NCBI GenBank assembly: GCA_019114245.1
Contig: DXFX01000071.1
Location: 1,681-65,680 of the forward strand
DNA: 64,000 nt
Direction of reading: 5' to 3'
From: Candidatus Borkfalkia faecipullorum
GTDB lineage: Bacteria; Bacillota; Clostridia; Christensenellales; Borkfalkiaceae
This document shows, piece after piece, positions 26,507 through 34,658 of the stretch. The number at the start of each line of letters is the position of its first letter. The stretch's first letter is position 1. Position numbers and translations under genes: made by a program. The notes below the pieces were generated by a model that made no database searches, was not told the DNA's origin, and worked only from the letters and a program-made list of their open reading frames with translations.

Positions 26507-27463
26507 ATGTTACCTGCAATCCATATCGCGGGGATCCACGTCCCCATGTATTCTCTGATGGTGTTTTTGGGGATCGTCGCCTTTTTCGTCACCTATTTCC
26601 TGTATGTGGAAAAAGGGGAAAAGCTGGACCGCGTCACCTCCAACAGACTGCTGTTTGTTTCCATCCTCGGCATCGCGTTTTTGGGCTTTTCCGCCATGTT
26701 TTTCAACTCTCTCTTTCACACCATCGAGGCGGGGGAGATCAGGATCGGCGGGATCACCTGGCTGGGCGGCGTGCTGGGCGGCGTGCCGTTCACCGTCTTT
26801 CTCATCCACAAACTCGTCCCCAAGGCGAAGGGCAGGGCGCTCTACTATTTTTCCCTGCTCGTTCCGGGGCTGGTCATCGGCCACGCGTTCGGCAGGCTGG
26901 GCTGCTTTTTCGGCGGCTGCTGCTACGGAAGGGTGACGGACAGCATTTTCGGCGTAATCTTTCCGGAAGGGAGCCTCGCCGCACAGCAATACCCCGGCGA
27001 AAACGGCGCAAGCCTGCCCGTTCTGCCCACCCAGCTGTTCGAGTCCGTCTTTGAATTTGTGCTCTTTTTCGTGCTGGTCATCTTCCGCAAAAAGCTGAAG
27101 CCTTACAACCTTCTCATTTACTTTTTCGCGTACGGGGTGTTCCGCTTCAGCATGGAATTTCTGCGCGGGGACGACAGGGGCTCCACGGGGTTCGCCCTCT
27201 CTCCCTCGCAGTTCATCTGCATCCTGCTGCTGATCGCGGCGGTGCTCATCCTGCTGTTCTATCGCGGCATTCTCTTTAAAGGGCTCGCGCAAAAGTGCGC
27301 CGTCTGGCAGGAACAGGCGGCCGCGGCGGTCGCCGTTCCCGTGCGGAGCAGCAGGCGCAATCCCATCGGGGAGATCGAGGAACTGCATCGCCTGATGAAG
27401 GCGGGCATCATCTCCGAAGAGGAGTTTGAAGAGAAAAAGGCGGAACTTCTCAAAAGGATTTAA
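26507..27463 (+). CDS. lgt: Prolipoprotein diacylglyceryl transferase with a C-terminal SHOCT-like extension
   Basis: GHAFGRLGCFFGGCCYGR Lgt signature. C-terminus IGEIEELHRLMKAGIISEEEFEEKKAELLKRI. Confidence 0.85.
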   Translation: MLPAIHIAGIHVPMYSLMVFLGIVAFFVTYFLYVEKGEKLDRVTSNRLLFVSILGIAFLGFSAMFFNSLFHTIEAGEIRIGGITWLGGVLGGVPFTVFLIHKLVPKAKGRALYYFSLLVPGLVIGHAFGRLGCFFGGCCYGRVTDSIFGVIFPEGSLAAQQYPGENGASLPVLPTQLFESVFEFVLFFVLVIFRKKLKPYNLLIYFFAYGVFRFSMEFLRGDDRGSTGFALSPSQFICILLLIAAVLILLFYRGILFKGLAQKCAVWQEQAAAAVAVPVRSSRRNPIGEIEELHRLMKAGIISEEEFEEKKAELLKRI

Positions 27464-27498
27464 GCGGCAAACTTTTTGCCGTTTCGGCAAAGGAACAA

Positions 27499-27532
27499 AA
27501 CGGGCGCCCGCAGAGCTTTGCGGGCGCCCGTT
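27499..27532. terminator. 14-bp perfect stem-loop after lgt
   Basis: aacgggcgcccgca/tgcgggcgcccgtt. The T tail on the + strand is weak. Confidence 0.55.
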
Positions 27533-27559
27533 GAAAAATAGGTTTCAGGCGGCGGAAGG

Positions 27560-27590
27560 GGCGGGAAAAACAACTTTTTTCCGCCTTTTT
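27560..27590 (+). terminator. Hairpin followed by a T-run
   Basis: ggcgggaaaaa/ttttttccgcc (one bulge) followed by ttttt. Confidence 0.55.
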
Positions 27591-27602
27591 GTAAAGAAAT
27601 AT

Positions 27603-27631
27603 TGACAAATCCGCCGTTTAAAAGTATAATA
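27603..27631 (+). promoter_or_regulatory. Consensus promoter TTGACA-17-TATAAT at the head of the fab cluster
   Basis: Hexamers read directly. Confidence 0.75.
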
Positions 27632-27721
27632 TTAGAAATGGATGGTAGTGAATACGGCCTCCCGCATTGCCTATGGTGCGGCGGAACGCCTTCGCACAAA
27701 CTTTTTTTACGGGGTACAGAT

Positions 27722-28144
27722 ATGCAGAAAGTGAATTTTACTCTCAAAGGACTTCGCGCAGACGAAATGAGCATCAGACTCAACGCCGTGCGCCCGCAGA
27801 ACGGCAAGCTGGAATTAAAGCCTACCTTTTCGCGCAAGGTGCGCCGCGCTGTGGAAAACGATAAATTGTGCTTTATCACTCTCACGGTCAAAATCGAAAA
27901 GACGGACGATTCTCCCAAGCCGTTCGATCTGAACGTCACCTATACGGGCGTATTTGAATCGGAAGCGAGCACGGAGGAAGAGCGCCGCGCCGTCGTCGTG
28001 GAGGGTACCGCTCTGCTGTATCCCTATCTGCGCGCAGCGGTCACCACGCTGACCACGGCCGCCATGGCGGCTCCCGTCGTGCTGCCCGTCATCAACGGGC
28101 CTCTCTTCGCAGAGGACAGGGAGAACACAGGCATCGTTTCCTGA
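27722..28144 (+). CDS. SecB-like chaperone-family protein (140 aa)
   Basis: Pattern F.L+.L....+S+.. , LNVTYTGVF, ALLYPYLRAAVTTLT....APVVLPVIN parallels the SecB segment ILFPYARE.I...V.RG.FP.L.LAPVNF. ATG at 27722 is preferred over the track start at 27602. Confidence 0.5.
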   Translation: MQKVNFTLKGLRADEMSIRLNAVRPQNGKLELKPTFSRKVRRAVENDKLCFITLTVKIEKTDDSPKPFDLNVTYTGVFESEASTEEERRAVVVEGTALLYPYLRAAVTTLTTAAMAAPVVLPVINGPLFAEDRENTGIVS

Positions 28145-28154
28145 GGAGAAACTC

Positions 28155-28574
28155 ATGAATAAAGAAGAAATCAAAAAAATTCTTCCCCATCGCGAGCCCA
28201 TGCTCCTTCTCGAGGAAGTGGACGTCAACGAGCAGGGGGAAGCGGTGGGCAAATACACCGTGAAAGGGGACGAGTTTTTCCTGCAGGGGCATTTTCCCGG
28301 CAATCCCATCGTTCCCGGCGTCATCCAGTGCGAGATGATCGCGCAGACGGCGGTGGCGCTCATCCCGGACGTGCACGACAGTCTGCCCATGTACACGGGG
28401 CTGAACAACGTCAAGTTCAAAAACCCGCTCCTGCCCGGGGATACGGCGGTGATGACCGTCTCTCTCACGGCGAGAAGGGGAAATTTCTGCTTTGCCAAGG
28501 GCAAGCTGGAAGCAAACGGAAAGCTTTGCACCAGCGCGGAATTTTCCTTTGCCATCGTTCCGAAAAAATCATAA
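28155..28574 (+). CDS. fabZ: 3-hydroxyacyl-ACP dehydratase
   Basis: LPHREPMLLL..GHFPGNPIVPGVIQCEMIAQ. Confidence 0.9.
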   Translation: MNKEEIKKILPHREPMLLLEEVDVNEQGEAVGKYTVKGDEFFLQGHFPGNPIVPGVIQCEMIAQTAVALIPDVHDSLPMYTGLNNVKFKNPLLPGDTAVMTVSLTARRGNFCFAKGKLEANGKLCTSAEFSFAIVPKKS

Positions 28575-28592
28575 ATTGTTGATTTCTCACAC

Positions 28593-28628
28593 ACGCGCCT
28601 CCGCTTTTTGCGGCAGGCGCGTATTTTT
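28593..28628 (+). terminator. Terminator after fabZ
   Basis: acgcgcctccgc/gcggcaggcgcgt (one bulge) followed by attttt. Confidence 0.7.
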
Positions 28629-28691
28629 GTTATTTTACTGAACAAAAAGCCCCGTTCTGCCGCGGTTTTGTACCTTTTTAGGGAAGAAGGC

Positions 28692-28720
28692 TTGACTTAA
28701 AAGCGTAAATTTACTATAAT
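28692..28720 (+). promoter_or_regulatory. Promoter TTGACT-17-TATAAT
   Basis: Hexamers read directly, upstream of fabH. Confidence 0.7.
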
Positions 28721-28772
28721 GGAATGTAGGGAAAGGTATGCCCTTTCCAATACAGGGAGGCAGACAAATCGT

Positions 28773-29738
28773 ATGTCTTTTTATATAGCGGGAACGGGCA
28801 GCGCCCTTCCTGAAAAGGTAGTCACCAACGACGACCTTGCACAATTTCTGGATACTTCGGACGAGTGGATCTATACCCGCACGGGCATCCGCCGCCGCCA
28901 CGTGCTCACGCACGAAAAGCTGGACGATCTCGCCATCCGTTCCGCGCAGACCGCGCTTGCGGATGCGGGCGTTTCGGGTGCGGATGTCGACCTCATTCTC
29001 TGCGCAACCATGCGCGGGGATACCTACACGCCCTCCCTTGCCTGCATCGTGGGCGAGGCGATCGGCAGTCATGCCCCGTCGTTCGATTTGAACGCCGCCT
29101 GCGTGGGGGTGCTGTATGCCATGGAAGTGGCGGACGCCTTCATCTCTTCGGGCAAGACAAAAACCGTTCTTATCGTCTCCGCGGAGGCGATGAGCAAGCT
29201 GGTCGACTGGACGGACCGCTCCACCTGCGTCCTGTTCGGGGACGGCACGGGCGCCATGGTCGTCCGCGCGGGCGAAGGCAGGCTGGCGGGCGTTTTGTCC
29301 ACCAATCCCGATTCCAAAGTCATCCGTATGCCCAACTTCGAGGGGCTGAACAGTCCTTACAACGAGTACGAACAGGAAAAGCTTGCCATCTATATGGACG
29401 GCGGCGAAGTGTACAAATTTGCCGTCAACGCCATGGGCAGGAACATCGAGGAGGTGTGCGAAAGGGCAAATCTTACCCCCGCGCAGATCGACTGGTACCT
29501 GCCGCACCAGGCAAACGTGCGCATCATCGATGCGAGCCTGAAAAAGTATAAGATCGACAAGAGCAAAGTGCTGCTCAACATTGCGGATTGCGGCAATATG
29601 TCCGCCACGTCCGTGATGGTGCTTCTGGACGAATACGCCAAAAAGGGAACCTTCCGCAAGGGCGACAAGCTTCTCTTCGTCGCGTTCGGCGGCGGACTCA
29701 CGAGCGGCGCCGTCATCGTGGAATGGAAAAAAGACTGA
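28773..29738 (+). CDS. fabH: 3-oxoacyl-ACP synthase III
   Basis: TSDEWIYTRTGIRRRH, active-site-region AACVG, PHQANVRII. ATG after AGGGAGG. Confidence 0.9.
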   Translation: MSFYIAGTGSALPEKVVTNDDLAQFLDTSDEWIYTRTGIRRRHVLTHEKLDDLAIRSAQTALADAGVSGADVDLILCATMRGDTYTPSLACIVGEAIGSHAPSFDLNAACVGVLYAMEVADAFISSGKTKTVLIVSAEAMSKLVDWTDRSTCVLFGDGTGAMVVRAGEGRLAGVLSTNPDSKVIRMPNFEGLNSPYNEYEQEKLAIYMDGGEVYKFAVNAMGRNIEEVCERANLTPAQIDWYLPHQANVRIIDASLKKYKIDKSKVLLNIADCGNMSATSVMVLLDEYAKKGTFRKGDKLLFVAFGGGLTSGAVIVEWKKD

Positions 29739-29779
29739 TCACAATTATCAAAAATTTTATCTATAAGGAGTATTGAATT

Positions 29780-30007
29780 ATGACAACGTTGGAAAAATTG
29801 AAGGAAATCCTCAGCGAATGCAAGGGAGAAGAACTGGACATCACGCCCGAAACCACTTTTGAAGAACTGGAATTCGATTCCCTGGACAAAGTGGACATCG
29901 TCATGCAGATCGAAGAGGCATACGACATTTCCCTCGGCGAAAATATGCAGCTTTCCACCGTCGGTGAACTGATCGAAAAGATCGACGAGGCTGTGGCAAA
30001 CAAGTAA
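29780..30007 (+). CDS. acpP: Acyl carrier protein
   Basis: 75 aa with LEFDSLDKVDIVMQIEE (DSL phosphopantetheine attachment site). Confidence 0.9.
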   Translation: MTTLEKLKEILSECKGEELDITPETTFEELEFDSLDKVDIVMQIEEAYDISLGENMQLSTVGELIEKIDEAVANK

Positions 30008-30008
30008 A

Positions 30009-30950
30009 ATGCAGACAAAACTTACAAAACTTCTGGGGATCCGTTACCCCATCATGCAGGGGGGCATGGCGTGGATCGCCGACGCCTCTCTTGCAAGCGC
30101 CGTGTCCAATGCGGGCGGACTGGGCATCATTTCCGCCATGAACGCCAATGCGGACTGGGTGCGCGAAGAGATCAGAAAGTGCCGCACGATGACGGACAAA
30201 CCCTTCGGCGTGAACATCATGCTGATGAGTCCGCACGTCGAGGAAGTGGCAAAGATGGTAGCGGAAGAAAAAGTTCCCGTCGTCACGACGGGTGCGGGCA
30301 ATCCCTCCCGCTTTGTTAAAATGTGGAAGGAGGCGGGCATCAAGATCATTCCCGTCGTGGCTTCCACGGCGCTTGCCAAAATGGTCGAGCGCGCGGGCGT
30401 GGACGCAGTCGTCGCGGAAGGCGGCGAAAGCGGCGGTCACGTCGGCGACCTCACCACCATGGCGCTCGTTCCGCAGGTCGTGGATGCGGTCAGCATCCCC
30501 GTCGTGGCGGCGGGCGGCATTGCGGACGGCAGGGGCATGGTTGCGGCGTTCGCGCTGGGCGCGTGCGGCGTACAGATGGGCACCCGTTTCCTCGTGGCAA
30601 CGGAATGCACCGTCAGTGCGGAATACAAGAAGAAAGTCCTCGCTGCAAAGGATATTTCCACCATGGTCACCGGCCGCAGGCTGGGGCATCCCGTCCGCGC
30701 CATCAAAACGGCATACACCAACCAGTACGCCAAGCTGGAAGCGGATTCCAACTATCCCGACGAGAAGCTGGAAGAATACGGCGTAGGCTCCCTGCGCAAG
30801 GCCGCCAAGGACGGCAACGCGACGGAAGGATGCTTCCTTGCGGGGCAGATCGCGGGCATGGTGAACAAGGAACAGCCCGCCGCAGAGATCATTGAAGAGA
30901 TCATGACCAAGGCGGAAAAGATGATGGAGGGCGTCAAATGGGACGTGTAG
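30009..30950 (+). CDS. fabK: Enoyl-ACP reductase II (FMN-dependent, NPD family)
   Basis: LGIRYPIMQGGMAWIA..SNAGGLGII, plus fab-cluster context. Confidence 0.85.
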   Translation: MQTKLTKLLGIRYPIMQGGMAWIADASLASAVSNAGGLGIISAMNANADWVREEIRKCRTMTDKPFGVNIMLMSPHVEEVAKMVAEEKVPVVTTGAGNPSRFVKMWKEAGIKIIPVVASTALAKMVERAGVDAVVAEGGESGGHVGDLTTMALVPQVVDAVSIPVVAAGGIADGRGMVAAFALGACGVQMGTRFLVATECTVSAEYKKKVLAAKDISTMVTGRRLGHPVRAIKTAYTNQYAKLEADSNYPDEKLEEYGVGSLRKAAKDGNATEGCFLAGQIAGMVNKEQPAAEIIEEIMTKAEKMMEGVKWDV

Positions 30951-31774
30951 CCTTTCTGTTTGCGGGGCAGGGCGCGCAGGTGCCGGGCATGGCCGCGGAC
31001 GTAAAAGACCTTCCCAAAGTGAAAAAGCTGTTCGACCTGGCGGAGAGCATCCGCCCCGGCACCGTGGAGAAAATGCTCAGCGGAACGCAGGAAGAGCTGA
31101 ACAGGACGCTGCTCACCCAACCCACCATGTTTCTGGCAGACCTCGCCTATGCGTACGCAAAGGAAGAGGAGATCGGCACGCCCGAGTGCGTGTGCGGCTT
31201 TTCCGTGGGCGAAGTTCCCGCGCTGTGCTTTGCAGGAGTGCTTTCCGAGGAAGACGCGTTCCGCACCATCTGCAAGCGTGCAGAGCTGATGGAAGCGTAT
31301 ACGCAGCGGGTAGCAGGCTGTATGATCGCGGTCATCGGGCTTGCGCCCGACGCGGTGGAAGCGCTGTGCGACGGGGAGAACACCCATCCTGCCAACTACA
31401 ACGGCAGCAAGCAGACGGTCGTCGCCTGCAAGGCGGAAGCGGAGGCGGAATTTACTGCCAAAGTCAAGGCGGCGGGCGGCCGCGCCATGAAACTGCGCGT
31501 TTCGGGAATGTTCCATTGTCCCGAACTTTCGCCCGAGGCGGCGGCGTTTGAAGAGTTTTTGCGCTCTTTAAAGATGAATGCGCCCCGTCTGGACGTGTAC
31601 GCCAATCTCACGGCAAAGCCGTACGAAGGGGATTTTGCGCGCACGCTCGCACTGCAGATGTGCTCGCCCGTGCGCTTTACCGCAACGATCGCGGCCATGA
31701 AGGAGCGCGGCGTGGACGAGTTTGTCGAGGTCGGCCCCGGAAAAGTCCTTACGGGACTTGTCGCGCGCGGCTGA
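30938..31774 (+). CDS. fabD: Malonyl-CoA:ACP transacylase
   Basis: AFLFAGQGAQVPGM, GFSVGE nucleophile elbow. Confidence 0.85.
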   Translation: MGRVAFLFAGQGAQVPGMAADVKDLPKVKKLFDLAESIRPGTVEKMLSGTQEELNRTLLTQPTMFLADLAYAYAKEEEIGTPECVCGFSVGEVPALCFAGVLSEEDAFRTICKRAELMEAYTQRVAGCMIAVIGLAPDAVEALCDGENTHPANYNGSKQTVVACKAEAEAEFTAKVKAAGGRAMKLRVSGMFHCPELSPEAAAFEEFLRSLKMNAPRLDVYANLTAKPYEGDFARTLALQMCSPVRFTATIAAMKERGVDEFVEVGPGKVLTGLVARG

Positions 31775-31843
31775 ACGCGGAAAACGCGCTTTTTCGAGTA
31801 AATATTAAACAAAAATAATTTTTTTGTTGCAAAAAGGACGGAT

Positions 31844-32584
31844 ATGGCAGACAACAGAGTGGCGCTCATCACGGGCGCGGGCAGGGGGATCGGCGCGCAG
31901 ATCGCGCTCACCCTCGCGGCAGAACATACAGACATCGCCGTTGTCGATTACAGCGAACAGGCGGCGGCACAGGAAACGCTGGACGCGCTTGCGGCGGCGG
32001 GCGTTACCGCACGCTATTATAAGTGCGACGTTTCCGATTTTTCCGCAACCAAGGCGACGGTCGATCAGATCGTCAAGGATTTCGGGAAAATCGACATCCT
32101 CGTCAACAACGCGGGCATCACGGCGGACAAACTCATCATGCGCATGGAAGAGGCGGACTGGGACAGGGTTCTCTCCATCAACCTCAAAGGGTGCTTCAAC
32201 ATGGTCAAGCACGTCACGCCGTACATGATGAGAAAGCGTTACGGCAGGATCGTTTCCATCAGCTCGGTCGTGGGCATGATGGGCAACGCGGGGCAGGCAA
32301 ACTATGCCGCCTCCAAAGCGGGGATCATCGGGCTGACCAAGACGGTCGCCAAGGAATTCGGTTCCCGCAACATCACCGCCAATGCGGTGGCGCCCGGCTT
32401 TATCAAAACGGCAATGACGGACGCACTCACCGAGGAGCAGAAACAGGCAATGTACAAACTCATTCCGCTCGGCTGTCTGGGCGAAACCAAGGACATTGCC
32501 AATGCCGTCAAATTCCTCGTCTCCGACGACGCGCGCTACATCACGGGCGTCGTGCTGAAAGTGGACGGCGGTATGTACATTTAA
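31844..32584 (+). CDS. fabG: 3-oxoacyl-ACP reductase
   Basis: TGAGRGIG, NNAGI, YAASKAG SDR motifs. Confidence 0.9.
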   Translation: MADNRVALITGAGRGIGAQIALTLAAEHTDIAVVDYSEQAAAQETLDALAAAGVTARYYKCDVSDFSATKATVDQIVKDFGKIDILVNNAGITADKLIMRMEEADWDRVLSINLKGCFNMVKHVTPYMMRKRYGRIVSISSVVGMMGNAGQANYAASKAGIIGLTKTVAKEFGSRNITANAVAPGFIKTAMTDALTEEQKQAMYKLIPLGCLGETKDIANAVKFLVSDDARYITGVVLKVDGGMYI

Positions 32585-32590
32585 AGGCAC

Positions 32591-32625
32591 GGCGGGGAGC
32601 GCTTTGCTTCCCGCCTCGTTCTTTT
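32591..32625 (+). terminator. Terminator after fabG
   Basis: ggcggggagc/gcttcccgcc 10-bp stem (one G-U pair) followed by tcgttctttt. Confidence 0.7.
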
Positions 32626-32645
32626 AAAAATCGGAAAATATTCCG

Positions 32646-32745
32646 AAATAAATAAAAATTAAAATAAAAATAATTTTATTTTATTTATTTTAATTCAATT
32701 TTAATTATTTTTTAATTTTTTAATTATTTTTAATTATTTTTAAAA
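32646..32745. repeat. 100-bp tract of 99% A+T with phased aattattttt repeats
   Basis: Only one C (32696) in 100 nt. The unit aattattttt recurs at roughly 10-11 bp intervals. Confidence 0.9.
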
Positions 32746-32841
32746 CAGATCGGGGAAAAAGGGGAAAGCTGCGGAACCGGTGCCGCCCGAACAAATGCCG
32801 GAGAATTTCTTTTACGCGACAGCGCGAAGGAGCTATCAATC

Positions 32842-34074
32842 ATGGAAAAAAGAGTTGTCGTCACGGGGCTGGGCGCCATCACGCCGCTCGGCAACGACGT
32901 AAAAACAACCTGGAACAATATGAAGGCAGGCGTCTGCGGGATCGATACGGTCACTAAGTTCGATATTTCCGAATACAAATGCACGCTTGCGGCGGAAGTA
33001 CACGGGTTCGATCCCACGCTGTATATGCCCAAGGGCGAAGTGCGCAAGACCGATCTGTACACGCAGTATGCGGTGGCGGCCGCCACACAGGCGTACGAGG
33101 ACAGCGGCATGACCGCGGAAAGCGTCGCGCCCGATCGGTTCGGCGTCTACATCGGTTCGGGGATCGGCGGCATTCAGACGCTGATCACCGAGCACACCAA
33201 ACTCATCGAAAAGGGACCGGCGAGGATCTCTCCCTTTTTCGTGCCGATGATGATCTCCAACATCGCGTCTGGCACGGTGGCCATCAAATACAACGCGCAG
33301 GGTCCGAACATCGGCATCGTCACCGCCTGCGCCACCTCTACAAACAGCATCGGCGAGGCGTTCCGCGCCATCCGTCACGGCTATGCGGACGTCATGCTCG
33401 CGGGCGGCAGCGAGGCCGCCATCACCCCGCTCTGCTTTGCGGGATTTATCAGCTGTCAGGCGCTTTCCCAAAGCACGGATAAAAACCGCGCGTCTATCCC
33501 GTTCGACGCGGAGCGCGCAGGCTTTATCATGGGCGAAGGCGGCGCCGTGGTCATGCTGGAAGAGTACGAACACGCCGTAAAGCGCGGCGCTAAGATCTAT
33601 GCGGAAGTTGTGGGCTACGGCTGCACCAACGACGCCTATCATATGACGGCGCCCAATCCCGAAGCGATCGCCTCTTCGCGGGCGATCGAGCTTGCCGCAC
33701 AGCAGGGCGGCGTTGCGGCGGACAGGGACGTGTACGTCAACGCGCACGGCACAGGCACGCCGCTCAACGACAAGACGGAAACGGCGGCGCTCAAGCGCGC
33801 GTTCGGCGCGGACGCATACAAGCTGCACGTGTCTTCGACCAAGTCGATGACGGGGCATATGCTCGGCGCGGCGGGCGGAGTGGAGGCGATCGCCGCCATT
33901 CTCGCGCTGGACGAGGGAGTCATTCCTCCCACCATCAATTACCGCGTGAAGGACGAGGCGTGCGACCTCGACGTCACTCCCAACGAGGCGGTCAGTACAA
34001 AGCTCACCTACGCCCTTTCCACCTCGCTCGGGTTTGGCGGTCACAACGGCTGTCTTGCCTTTAAAAAGCTGTAA
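32842..34074 (+). CDS. fabF: 3-oxoacyl-ACP synthase II
   Basis: RVVVTGLGAITPLG, TACATS, NAHGTGTP, GHNG. Confidence 0.92.
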   Translation: MEKRVVVTGLGAITPLGNDVKTTWNNMKAGVCGIDTVTKFDISEYKCTLAAEVHGFDPTLYMPKGEVRKTDLYTQYAVAAATQAYEDSGMTAESVAPDRFGVYIGSGIGGIQTLITEHTKLIEKGPARISPFFVPMMISNIASGTVAIKYNAQGPNIGIVTACATSTNSIGEAFRAIRHGYADVMLAGGSEAAITPLCFAGFISCQALSQSTDKNRASIPFDAERAGFIMGEGGAVVMLEEYEHAVKRGAKIYAEVVGYGCTNDAYHMTAPNPEAIASSRAIELAAQQGGVAADRDVYVNAHGTGTPLNDKTETAALKRAFGADAYKLHVSSTKSMTGHMLGAAGGVEAIAAILALDEGVIPPTINYRVKDEACDLDVTPNEAVSTKLTYALSTSLGFGGHNGCLAFKKL

Positions 34075-34143
34075 GCCTGCCCATGCGTTCGGTCCGTTTA
34101 CCGCATTGAACGCATTTTTTCACAACAGTAAGGAGAACGGAAC

Positions 34144-34590
<447 letters not shown>

Positions 34591-34658
34591 GCGGCCGCCC
34601 CGGCGGGTACGTCTCATAGGTTTGCCGCGGAAAACGCTCCGCGGAGAATGAGGTCTTT

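Noticed and set aside
32646-32745. CRISPR array, replication origin or IS end as an explanation of the AT tract
   Set aside because: There is no repeat-spacer periodicity of CRISPR size, and no DnaA boxes, cas, rep or transposase genes. It sits within a conserved fab operon junction.
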